NCBI GenBank assembly: GCA_038087875.1
Contig: JAXLNO010000292.1
Coordinates: forward strand, 1 to 63,803
Direction of reading: 5' to 3'
Origin: Malacoraja senta
Lineage: Eukaryota
DNA: 63,803 bases
Below the pieces are notes generated by a model. That model was given only the letters and a program-made list of their open reading frames with translations, was not told where the DNA came from and searched no databases. This document shows positions 36,626 through 48,790 of the stretch, piece by piece (within the stretch, counting starts at the first letter, position 1; the number at the start of each line of letters is the position of its first letter). The position numbers and the translations under genes are program-made.

Positions 36626-37659
36626 AGTACATCTATTCCCCATTCTCTATCACCCCTATCCTCTTTCTCTATTCCCACACACGTGATCACGCGCTTCGAC
36701 ACAGGCTGCGGGGGGTGGGGGGAGGGGCTGGGGCTGGTGCAAAGGCATATGTAAATGAATCCATTCCGATTGGACATCTGTGAGCATTGGGCATTGTGAC
36801 ACGATGGAACGTTCACCAACATTCTATGGGTGAGAGCGGTTTGATTTGTTTAACATTATGAAATTTTGGGGGGGGGAAGGATTTTATTAAAAATGTGTAA
36901 ATAAAAACGAAGAAATTTAATGAGGAGTGGATTTGAGAATGTAAAAGTGAAATCTCTACCGAAATGGAAAAAATCTCAGAGTTTTTGCGTGTGGTTTTGG
37001 CGGACCAAGGAATCAAAGGCCAAAATTCTAATCTGAAAATCTAATCTGAAAATGGAATCTGACATACACCCACAAACACACACACACACACAGAGTTTTA
37101 ATAGTTACTAGACCAAGTGCAGATCCGTTGGGTCTGTTTCAAGGTGCGGTTGCGTGGAGGGGGAGTCAGCATGCGGCGTCACACACACTAACTACCTGCA
37201 CACACGCTAACTACCCACTTGATATTATATTAATATTATTAATTTGCTCCTTTTTACCCCATTACGGCCCTATCTACTGACGCATAGCCCCCAACTGGCA
37301 GGCGCTTCTAGAGAGGGGGGGGGGGGTAGAGAGTGAGGGCAGAAAGAGAAGGGGCAGAGACAGAGAGAGAGGGGCAGAGACAGAGGGAGAGGGGGGCGGA
37401 GGGGAGGAGAGTGAGAGGGGGGTGGAGGGAAGGAGAGGGAGGGTGGGAAGGGAGGGGGAGGGGGAGGGAGGGGAAGAAGTGGGGGGAAGGGAGGGGGAGA
37501 GGTAGGGGAAGGGAGGGGAGAGGTGGGGGGAGGGGAGAGTGAGAGGTGGGGGGAAGGGAGGGGGTGAGGTGAGAGGGGGAGGGGTAAGAGAGGGGTATGG
37601 ATGGGAGGACGAAGGGGAGAGGGGGGAGAAGGGGGAAGGGGGGTGGGGGAGAGGGGGGT

Positions 37660-38265
37660 TTGTTACCGAACTGAACTCACTGTGGAATGAATCCATTAAC
37701 GGAGCCACTCTGCTGCTGCTGGATTCTATGTTGTCCCTGCCTTCCCTCTGGAGTCTGTCAAAGCGGCCCCATCAGAGACTGTGAGGCCTCGCATCCTCGG
37801 CGCGTCAGACCCCGAGTACGGGGAGGGTGGAATGGGCGGGCGGGCGTGATGCCGAGTGAGCCTCCCACGCGACAATAACTGCCGCCGCCATGTTCAAGCA
37901 GGTGACCTCCGGTGACCGGCTGTGACCTCCCGATCTGCAGAGGATTTTGAGAAGGGGGGGGTGGGCGGTGGGAGTGGAGCTGTGGGCTTCTGACTCTCTG
38001 GAGCGCGCAGGGGATGGGAGGGGCGTACAGGCGGGCGGGGCTTCGCGAGCTGCGCCAGCTGTGAGTTCAGCGGAACTTACGCCTTATCTCTTCTCCCGAT
38101 CGGCAGAGCATTTTGAGAACGGGGGGGGGGGGGTTGGAGCGGGCGGGCGGGCAAAGTTGGAGTGGGGGGGAGGAGGAGAGCCGGGCTGCCAAATGAAGAG
38201 AGAGAGAAAGAAGCGGCTTGGATTGGTTGGCATGTGGGATTGTGACGCCAGCAGCTCGTGAGTCC
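37660..38265 (-). promoter_or_regulatory. CpG-rich promoter/first-exon-like segment inside a Helitron
   Basis: High CpG content, CCAAT (~38222), GC boxes, YY1-type AACATGGCGGC (37884-37894), GTAAGT (~38075-38080) and GTGAGT (37675-37680) donors on the minus strand. Confidence 0.45.
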
Positions 38266-39084
38266 CGTTTAGATTTTAAAATGAGTGAGTGTGGGGGGGG
38301 GGGGGGGGGGGAGGATTTTATTTTAAATGTGTACATAAAAATGTCTAAATGTAATGAGGAGTGGATTTGAGAATGTAAAAGCGAAATCGCTAGCGAAATG
38401 GGAAAAATCTTGGAGTTTTCGCGTGTGGTTTTGACGGACCAAAGGCCAAAAATCTAATCTGAAAGAAAATCTGAAAATCGAATGTGACATACACCCACAA
38501 ACACACACACACACACACACACACAGTTTAAAAAGTATATAGATAAGATAAGATAACATTATAAGAGGCATACTGACCCTTAATCTAAAGAAGGGTCTCA
38601 ATTCTTTATTCCAATGCCAATAGGTGCTGGCGTGGGGGTACTTTGTTACTTTGGAAATGCCCTTTGTGTGGCAACTATTTACATACCTTGGGCATGCAAG
38701 CAAAAACTTTCACTGTGACTTGTCGCATGTGTCAAAGCATTCATTCATTCATTCATAGAGGAACACTATACCCACACAGAAATGAAGGCAATGCATGACA
38801 AAGTGATTTGTGGATCCAGGCCAATGGTGAAATTGTGTAGGAAGGGTCTCGACCCAAAACATTACCTATTCCTTCTCTCCAGAGATGCTGTCTGACCCGC
38901 TGAGTTACTTCAGTTTTTTGTATCTATCTTAGGATAGATAGTATTTATCAATGTATAAAGGATATTGTGGGACATTTCTTTTTTAAACAGAGAGTGGTGG
39001 GTACTTGGAACGCATTGCCAGGGGTGGTGGTGGAAGCAGATACGATAGTGGCGTTCAAGATGCATTTGGAAAGGCACATGGAGA

Positions 39085-39595
39085 CAAGGGCGGGGGCTAT
39101 CCCCTCCATGTTTTGAGAGGTGGGGAACAATCCCCCCCCATGTTTTGTGACCTGGGCGCTACAGCCAGTCCCAGGTCGCCTGCGTGCCCCGGGACTGGCT
39201 GTAGCGCCCAGGTCAGCTCGCCTGCCCCACACTCCAAAGACGTGCAGGTTAGTAGGTTAAGTGCTTCGGTAAATTGTAAATTGCCCTGGTGTGCCGGATG
39301 GTGCTAGTGTACGGGGTGATCGCTGGTCGGCGCGGACAAGGTGGGCCAAAGGACCTGCTGTTCCCAGGTCGCCTGCGCGCCTGCCCTGGGACTGACTGTA
39401 GCACCCAGGTCGTCTGCGTGCCCCGGGACTGGCTGAAAGAAAATACGCCTGCGGGCTGGATGATTTTGGGTTACGGGCCGGATCCAGCCCGTGGGCCGTA
39501 GGTTGCCGACACCTGTACCAGATGTTAAGCCTCATTGTGTGTTCCACCCCCCCCCCCCCCCCCCCCGCATGTATTACAAGCGATTTCCGCCCATG
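39085..39595. mobile_element. hAT-like MITE with a nested SINE piece
   Basis: 8-bp TSD CATGGAGA (39077-39084 and 39596-39603), ends CAAGGGCGG / CCGCCCATG, inserted in a CR1 remnant. HE1-like piece at ~39225-39362. Confidence 0.8.
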
Positions 39596-40534
39596 CATGG
39601 AGATGCAGGGAATGGAGGGATATGGATCACATGCAGGCAGAGGAGATTAGTTTAACCTTGCATCATGTTCAGCACAGACATTGCGGCCTGTATTGTACCA
39701 GGCATGTACTCTCGATGTGTGCGCTGAAGATAGACGCAAAGTGCTGGAGTAACTGTAAAGATCTGTCATAACGCACTGTTTCTTTACTACCGTTTATTCA
39801 TACTACACATTATACACATACGTTTCTGCCCTAGCTGTCCGTGGTCTGTCACTGGAACCAGAGAGAGAGAACTGGGTGGGAAGGTTGTAATAATACTGGT
39901 GATGTGGGGAGTGGTTAGTAGTGGCGAGGTCACTATGTTAAAGGTACATGCACATCTCATCTACATCCTTCCCCTTGGAAATAATAAGCAATACCGAAGT
40001 GACAGGGCGACCACGTCTCATACGCTACGAGCAGGTGAGCAAACAGTTAAACAAATTCACCATAACGGATAGGCGGCCTGACCACCCACCCGTACCGGGT
40101 ACGCATTTCGCCATCTCCCCCTTCTGCAGGCAGAGCATGAGCAGGAGCCGGCGGGGGGGGGGAGAGAACCGGGGAACCGGGAGGAGAACGAGAAAACGGA
40201 GGAGCAGGGGAAGCAGGAGCAGCAGCAGGAAGACGGGCAGGCGAGGGAGGACCGGCCGGAGGGGCAGGCAGTGTTGTCGACAATGGGGGGGGAAAGGGAT
40301 CCGCAGGCGGCGGTGGTGGCTCGTTAACAAGCCGCAGATGTTGCCGGGACCGGCGGTAAATGGTACCGTCATGGTCGACAAGGTAGGACCGCGGCTCGAG
40401 CAAGGTAGACGAGCATATCGGGCTTACGGCAAGAAGTGGCCATGGCACGGGAGATAAAAAAACAAAATAGGAAAACGGTTCAAAAGAAAGAAAACCCGAT
40501 AAACAGGAGGCGCAAAGGTACGGGGCTGACACCA

Positions 40535-41240
40535 AAAAAAGACAAGAGTGAAATTCGCATTTGCATCAACCCCAAAGACCTGAACCTTGCCATCCGACGC
40601 CCTCACTACCCCATGCGAACAGTGGAGGACGTCGCTGCGCAGGTTGGCCCGGCCACTGTTTTCTCGGTTCTCGATGCCAAGAGCTCCTTCTGGCAGATAC
40701 CGCTGGACGAGCGGTCCTCCTACTTGACTACCTTCGGCACACCTTTCGGCAGGTACCGTTTCCTCCGCATACCATTCGGGATCAACACTGCCAGCGAGGT
40801 CTTCCAGCGGACGATGGAGCAGCTGTTCATCGGTCTGCCATGTGCCATCATCGTTGACGACATCGTGGTCTACGGTAAAGACGTTGTGAGCACGATCTCC
40901 ACCTCCGTCGAGTCCTGGACCGGGCCCGCGAAATCAACCTCAAACTAAACCCAAAGAGGTGCCGGTTCCGCGTCCCGGAGGTTACATATGTGGGCCACGT
41001 TTTAAGCCCGACCCGCAGAAGACAGCTGCGGTCTCCGATATGTCTTCGCTCACCGACGTGGCCAGCCTACAACTTTTCCTGGGCATGGTTAATTACTTGG
41101 GGAAGTTTATCCCCGACCTCAGCGAGCTGAGCGCGCCCCTGAGGGAGTTGATCAAGAAGGACACTGCCTGGGCTTGGTTCCAGCATCACCAGACAGCTTT
41201 TGACGTCCTGAAGTCCAGGCTGGCCAGTGCCCCCACTCTC
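40535..41240 (+). pseudogene. Gypsy pol reverse-transcriptase fragment, inverted relative to its LTRs
   Basis: IRICINPKDLN, LDAKSSFWQ, PFGINTASEVFQ, IVDDIVVYG, FLGMVNYLGKFIP..APLRELIKKD; frameshifted. Confidence 0.9.
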
Positions 41241-41279
41241 CAATTGGAGGCGTGGGTTCGAATCCCACTTCTGACACCA
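41237..41279 (+). other. Reverse-transcribed copy of the 3' half of tRNA-Leu including CCA (extended PBS)
   Basis: TCTCCAATTGGAGGCGTGGGTTCGAATCCCACTTCTGACACCA corresponds to the variable arm, T-arm, acceptor stem and CCA of vertebrate tRNA-Leu(CAA/CAG) as I recall it. Confidence 0.88.
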
Positions 41280-44200
41280 TGTAAAGATGTGTCATAACGC
41301 ACTGTTTCTTTACTACCGTTTATTCATACTACACATTATACACATACGTTTCTGCCCTAGCTGTCCGTGGTTTGTCACTGGAACTAGAGAGAGAGAACTG
41401 GGTGGGAAGGTTGTAATTATACTGGTGATGTGGGGAGTGGTTAGTAGTGGTGAGGTCACTATGTTAAAGGTACATGCACATCTCATCTACAGTAACTCAG
41501 CGGGACATGCAGCATCTCTGGCTGAGTTACTCCAGCACTATGGGGCTATATTCAGCATAAACCAGCATCTGCAGTTCCTTCCCACACATAAGATGTCACT
41601 AGACAATAGACAATAGGTGCAGGAGTAGGCCATTCGGCCCTTCGAGCCAGCACCGCCATTCAATGTGATCATGGCTGATCATCCACAATCAGTACCCCGT
41701 TCCTGCCTTCTCCCCATATCCCCTGACTCCGCTATTTTTAAGAGCCCTATCTAGCTCTCTCTTGAAAGCATCCAGAGAACCTGCCTCCACCGCCCTGAGG
41801 CAGAGAATGCCACAGACTCACCACTCTCTGTGAGCAAAAGTGTTTCCTCGTCTCCGTTCTAAATAGCTTACCCCTTATCCTTAAACTGTGGCCCGTGGTT
41901 CTGGATTCCCCCAACATCGGGAACATGTTTCCTGCCTCTAGCGTGTCCAAGCCCTTAACAATCTTATATGTTTCAATGAGATCCCCTCTTATCCTTCTAA
42001 ACTCCAGAGTGTACAAGCCCAGCTGCTCCATTCTCTCAGCATATGACAGTCCCGCCATCCCGGGAATTAACCTTGTAAACCTAAATGCAATTAAATGCCA
42101 CTCAAAGACAAGGACTCAGAACAAACCCTCAGCAGGGAGTGCTTTTCATAAGATCATACGTGATAGGAGCAGAATTAGGCCATTCGGCCCATCAAGTCTA
42201 CTCTGCCATTCAATCATGGTCGATCTATCTCTCCCTCCAAACCCCATTCTCCTGCCTTCTCCCCAATACCTCCAACACCCACACTTTCTTTGAAAGGCTA
42301 CAAGTATAAAATATATCTTTGTGCAAGTCGCCACTTTGTGTTGGATGAGAGATGGGTAAGGGGGCAGGATTCACTGGGTAAGGGGCCAGTCATTAATGGG
42401 GCCTCGCCATAATGCAAGGGATTTAGGTGCAGAGGTTCACACCGAATAACTTTGTGGCTGATATCTAAGGGGAGTATATATCAGTCGAGCAGGGAGAGAG
42501 ATTATTAAACCAGCTGACAAAATATTTTAAATGGGCAGTAGAATTAACTTTCTGAATTCAATTTCGGACGGGGAATGGGGTCAGGGGAAACTTGAAGATT
42601 CTTGTAGCGGGACTAACCAGAGTAGATGGCCGGAGTAGACTTGATGGGCCGAATGGCCTAATTCTGCTCCTACACCTTATCAGAAGAGTACAGCACAGGA
42701 ACAGGCCCTTCGGCCCACAATGTTTGTGCTGAAAATGCTGGCAAGACGAACAGATCACATTTGCCTGTGCATGACCCACATCCCTCTGTTCCCTGTCTTT
42801 CCAAGAGCATCTTCAATGTCACGATCGTATCTGCCTCCACCACCACGTCAGCAGCCTGTTACACGCACCACTAAAACTAAACTTACACATCGATTCTCAA
42901 CTTGGCTCTCTTCTCCTTAAAGCTATGCCATCTAGAATGTGATTTGTTCATCCTGGGATAAAGGTTACGACTGTCTATCCTATCTATGCCATTGTATCTC
43001 CATCATAGTGGTGGCGGTAGAGTTGCTGCTTCACTGAGCCAGAGACCCGGGTTCGATCCTGACCACGGGTGCTGTCGGTATGGAGTTTGTATGCTCTCCC
43101 CGTTACAGCATGGGTTTCTCCGGGTGCTCCGGTTTCCTCCTACACCTCAGAGACGTACAGGTTTGTAGGTAAAATTGTCTTTGGTAAAAGTCCGTAAATT
43201 GTCCCTAGTGTGTGTAGGTAGGATATGTGGGGTGATCGCTGGTCGGTGCGGACTGGGTGGACCAGAGGGCCTGTTTCCGTGCTGTGTCTCTGGACTAAAC
43301 TAAACGTTGTCTACCCTACCTACATCAAGGTGGTGGCCCAGGTTTTCTCCGGATGCTCCGGTTTCTTCCCACATGGTTTCAGCAAAAGATTGTAAACGAT
43401 TGTAATTTGTCCCTAGTGTGTGTGGGATAGTGTTAGTGTACGAGGATTACTGGTCAGCGCAGACTCGGTGGGCCGAAGGGCCTGTTTCTGTACTGTATCT
43501 CCAAACTGAACTAAACACTGTCAACCCCATCAACGGCACTGTCTATAGACCTCAAATGCTGGAGTACCTCAGCAGGACAGGCGGCCCCTCTGGAGAGAAA
43601 GAATGGGTGATGTTTCGGGTGGAGACCCTTCCATATCCCTGCACTCTCTCCCCTGTCTATGCCACTCTCTACTCCGTCTATGACCATGGGCACAAAAAGC
43701 TTTAGTTTAGAGATACAGCGAGGAAACAGGCCCTTCAGCCCACCGGGTCTGCGCTGACCAGCGATCCCCGCACATTAACACTTTCCGACACCCACTAGAG
43801 ACAATTTTTACATTTACCAAGCCATTAACCTACAAACCTGTACGTCTTTGGTGTGTGGGTGGAAACTGAAGATCTCGGAGAAAACCCACGCTGTAACTGG
43901 GAGAACGTACAAACTCCGTACAGACAGCACCCGTAGTCGGGATCGAACCCGGGTCTCTGGCGCTGCATTCGCTGTAAGGCAGCAACTCTACCGCAGCGCC
44001 ACCGTGACGGCCCTGGAGTAACAGGCAGCATCTGTGGACGACCGTGGGCAGCCATCTTGTGAACAGGTGAAGGTGGTTGCAATCCTCTCGATGGTGCTGT
44101 GATCGTCACTCTGTGCTGAATGGTGCCTCCGCTGGACAACATTAGCTCTGCAGCGGGGGGGCAGCGTTGAGCTCATTGTCTGCAGTCGCTATTCTACAGC

Positions 44201-45707
44201 GCATACACAATGTTACCAGGATACGTACCTCCACACAACCTTCTATCATTATCTTGGCAGGGGATTATTAATGGAGCTTGGGTGGGGAGAATGTTACCAA
44301 AGACTGACTCCTCTGTAACCTGATACCGACCACAAATAGTTATATAAACAGCAGAGATAATCCATCACCTGCAACCTGCCCAAATCACATTTCTAATCTT
44401 AAACGGCATCAATTATAAGGAAGAGTGGCCATAACCGCAGGGCGTCAAACAAAGGGTGGATTCAATGCCGAACGCAATAAATCCCTCTCTTTGATAAAGG
44501 AAATAATGCAGTCTTGTGGTTTGATGGTGCAGGCTTTACCACAGGTTTTGCATAGTACCAAGTATCAAATATAAAGGTTACCTCTGTCCTTTGGGTATAA
44601 ATGGCATTTAAATAAACACCAAGTACACAGCAATGTAGTGCTTTAGTCTGCCTTGGCCTACGCTGTGTCCCAGTTGTCAGGTGCTGTCCGTGTGGAGTTT
44701 GTACGTTTCACCCTGTGACCAAGTGGGTTTTCTCCAGGTGCTCCGGTTTCCACCCACACTCCAAAGACGTGCAGGTTTGTAGGTGTGGCTTGGGTAACTT
44801 GAAATAATGTCCCTAGTGTGTAGGATTGGGCTAGTGTACGGGGTGATCGATGGTCAGCATGGACTCGGTGGGCCGAAGGGCCTGTTACCCCGATGTATCT
44901 CTAAAGTGTAAAGTCTCGAAATGTCACCTATCCATGTTCTCCGTAGATGCTGCCTGACCCGCTGAGTTACTCCAGCACTCTGTGAAACGTCACCTATCCA
45001 TGTTCTCCACAGATGCTGCCTGACCCACTGAGTTACTCCAGCACTCTGTGAAACATCACCTACCCATGTTCTCCACAGATGCTGCCTGACCCACTGAGTT
45101 ACTCCAGCACTCTGCGGCTTCATTCGAAGGACCATTGGGCACCGAAGTAACTCCACAATATAAATAAGCAGCAGAAGAGTGCAGGTGTTAAAACCTAGAT
45201 CAAAATTAGTTTAGATTAGTTTAGAGTGGAAACAGGCCCTTCGGCCCACCGAGTCTGCACTGGCCAGCGATCCCCGCACATTAACACTATCCTACACACT
45301 AGGGACAATTACACGTATACCAAGCCAATTAACCTACAAACCTGTACGTCTTTGGAGTGTGGAGGAAACAGAAGATCTCGGAGAAACCCCACGCGGTCGC
45401 AGGGAGAAGGTACAAACTCCGTACAGACAGCACCCGTAATCGGGATCGTACCCAGGTCTCCTGCGCTGTAAGGCAGCAACTCCCCTGCCAAGGCGCCGGC
45501 CGCCGTGCTGCCCATACAATGGTCTGGCAACATCCACAGAGGGGACAGGTCAGCTGACAAATTAGATGTGGGCCCTTTGCCAAAACTGGGAAAAAACTGC
45601 ATTTTAGGAAAGGAATAAACAAAAAGGTTGGATTGTGAAAACATCAGAGATTAGCTGAAGCGTGATAATGTAGACTCATTAATTCAACCAACTCTCAATT
45701 TCACCAA

Positions 45708-45708
45708 A

Positions 45709-45740
<32 letters not shown>

Positions 45741-45773
45741 GCACGCACGCACGCACGCACGCACGCGCGCGCA

Positions 45774-45872
<99 letters not shown>

Positions 45873-45893
45873 ACACACACACACACACACACA

Positions 45894-45950
<57 letters not shown>

Positions 45951-45953
45951 ACA

Positions 45954-46018
<65 letters not shown>

Positions 46019-46071
46019 ACACACAGACACACACACACACACACACACACAGAGACAGACACACAGACACA

Positions 46072-46124
<53 letters not shown>

Positions 46125-46173
46125 ACACACACACACACAGACACACACACACACACACACACACACAGAGACA

Positions 46174-46220
<47 letters not shown>

Positions 46221-46311
46221 ACACACACACACACACACAGACACACACACACAGACACACACACACACAGACACAGACACACACACACACACACACACAT
46301 ACACACACACA

Positions 46312-46392
<81 letters not shown>

Positions 46393-46425
46393 ACACACAC
46401 ACACAGACACACACACACACAGACA

Positions 46426-46468
<43 letters not shown>

Positions 46469-46651
46469 ACACACACACACACAGACACACACAGAGACAG
46501 ACACACACACACAGATAAACACACAGACACACACACACACACGCACACACACACACACGCACACACAGAGATAGACACACACACACACACAGACACACAC
46601 ACACAGACACACACACACACACAGATAAACACACAGACACACACACACACA

Positions 46652-46719
<68 letters not shown>

Positions 46720-47270
46720 GACACACACACAGATAAACACACAGACACACACACGCACACACACACACACACAGAGACAGACACACACACACAGATAAAC
46801 ACAGACACACACACACACACACAGACACACACACACACACACACACACACAGACGCAGAGATAAACACACACACAGACACACACACACACACACACACAG
46901 ATAAACACACACACACACACACACAGATAAACACACAGACACACACACACACACACAGATAAACACACACACAGATAAACAGACATACACACAGCCAGAC
47001 ACACACACACACACAGACAGATACACAGACAGACACACACAGAGACAAACACACGTAGACCGACACACACACAGACAGACACACACACAGACAGACACAC
47101 ACACACACAGACAAACACACACAGACTGACAGACAGACAAACAGACAGACAGACGCACACACAGACACACACAGCCATACACAGACAGACAGACACAGAC
47201 GCACACACACACACACACACACAGACAGACAGACAGACAGGCAGGCAGGCAGGCAGGCAGGCAGACAGGC

Positions 47271-47331
<61 letters not shown>

Positions 47332-47372
47332 GTCAGACAGACAGACAGACAGACAGACAGAGAGAGACACAC
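45708..47372. repeat. ~1.65-kb compound microsatellite (TA)n-(CA)n-(CACG)n-(CA/GA)n-(GGCA)n-(GACA)n
   Basis: Directly visible; it accounts for the spurious 500+ aa CVCV ORFs. Confidence 0.98.
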
Positions 47373-48044
47373 GTTTCTCTGGTATATACGATCCAGCTGC
47401 TCAAATTTGGTTTACCGGCCTTCGGAATAAATCTCAAACCAAACAAAGGGATTTAAAATCCAAGTCAATGTAAGAAGAATGCCCTCACTGCAGACTCCAT
47501 TAAAACAAGACAGAAGACTCTCAGAGTATGCACAGACTTAAAACCGTGATTGAGTCTATTTGGTCAATATTTCACTTGTTAGTTTTTGATTACGCAAAGC
47601 TGTGTTCACCACAATTGTAATTCCTAAGATAGACGCAACAAGCTGGAGTAACTCAGCGGGACAGGCAGCATCTCTGGAGAAAAGGAATGGGTGATGTTTA
47701 GGGTCGAGACCCTTCTTCAGACTGGCTTTCAGACCCTTCATCCATCTGAAGAAGGGTCTCGACCCAAAAAGGTCACCTATTCCTTTTCTCCAGAGATGCT
47801 GACTGTCCCGCTGAGTTACTCCAGCATTTTGTGTCTTTCTTCGATCTAAACCGGCACCCACAGTTCCTTCCTACACAACATTAATTCCAGTTCCTTCATT
47901 CATTAAACTCAGTGACTTGTTATCATCTGAAGCTTCTATTTGAACTTCTTTCATTAATTGGCTAAATAAAGATGAGATTTATTGGCAGATCAAAGAGATG
48001 TATTGTGGTTAAGCATTGATTTCAGGTGTATGTACGGAGGTACA

Positions 48045-48790
48045 AGATACATTTATTTGTCAAATGTACCAGTTGTCACAGTGAAATGTGTGATCACCAT
48101 ACAGCCATACAATAAAATAAAGAACACAACACACGGTAGAGTTCAACATAAAACATCCCCACACAGCAGAATCAAACGTTTCCCACTGTGAGGGAAGGCA
48201 CCAAAGTCAGTCATCTTCCTCTGATGTTCACCCGTGATCGGGGCCTCCGGAGCCCTCCGCAGTCGCCGCTACGGGCGGCCCGATGTTCAGGCCTGCATGC
48301 CGGGGTGATGTAAGTCCGGTGTCGGGACTGGGGGACATCCTCAGCGGCCTGGACATCAGAGTCGGCCACCTCCTACGGCTCCCAAAGTCCGCAGGGATGC
48401 AACGCTGGCGGCCCTCGGCAAAGGGCCCCAGGATTCCACGATGACGGTCAGCGCCGCCCGCGCTGGAAGCTCTCCCAAACCACAGCTCCGCGATGTTGGA
48501 GCAGCGGCCCAACGCTCCGGAGCTCCAAACGGCGATCATGGTAGGCATCGCCCGCTCCGCGGTGAAAGGCCGCTCCGATCCAGGTGGTAGGCCGCGAGGA
48601 GGGGGGGCGAGGGCACCACTCGGAGAAATAGTCGCGTCCCCGCCAGGAAGCAACTGGGAAACAGTTTCCCCCTTACCCTGCCCCCCTCCCCCACATAAAA
48701 AAGTTAAAGATTCCCCCAAAAACAGACTTTAAACTAACTAAAAATTAAAAAAAGATTGAAAAGACAAACAGGCTGTAGGCAGAGGCAGCG
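48045..48790 (-). mobile_element. Second copy of the GC-rich non-coding retroposon
   Basis: Shares blocks such as GGTGCCTTCCCTCACAGTGGGAAACGTT and CACGGGTGAACA with 1475-2282. Confidence 0.7.

Larger units (their letters stand above)
35023..38553 (-). mobile_element. Two non-autonomous Helitrons head-to-tail (38553-37108 and 37107-35023)
   Basis: Minus-strand 5' end TCTTATCTTATCTATA. CTAG termini at 37108-37111 and 35023-35026, each preceded by the CAACG hairpin and TGCACTTGGT. A|T target agtata|taacatt. Confidence 0.88.
39754..41491 (-). mobile_element. Internally rearranged Gypsy (Mag-like) LTR retrotransposon
   Basis: 212-bp TG...CA LTRs at 39754-39965 and 41280-41491 (5 mismatches by eye) and a 5-bp TSD GTAAC. 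tRNA-Leu PBS abuts the right LTR, PPT AGGGGAAGGA is at 39966-39975, and the integrase C-terminal tail (EPRSYLV..YRRSRQHLR, TRYGWVVRPP) is on the minus strand. Confidence 0.93.

Noticed and set aside
35032..36822. Long Pro-rich and Gly/Glu/Arg-rich ORFs (also at 58156-59234 and 62589-63604)
   Set aside because: Stop-free translations of polypurine/polypyrimidine tracts in several frames; no domain content.
37881..37907. Perfect Kozak GCCGCCGCCATG-TTCAAGCAG-GT as the first exon of a plus-strand gene (MFK.., reminiscent of MCTS1)
   Set aside because: Four codons cannot identify a gene, I found no matching downstream exons, and it lies inside a Helitron. It is equally explained by the minus-strand YY1-type motif.
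41237..41279. A tRNA-Leu gene
   Set aside because: Only the 3' half is present, it includes the post-transcriptional CCA, and it abuts an LTR, so it is a reverse-transcribed primer copy.
44150..44170. CTCF-like site GCAGCGGGGGGCAGC
   Set aside because: Two mismatches at informative core positions; not supportable alone.
45684..47372. 500+ aa Cys/Val ORFs
   Set aside because: Translations of the CA microsatellite.
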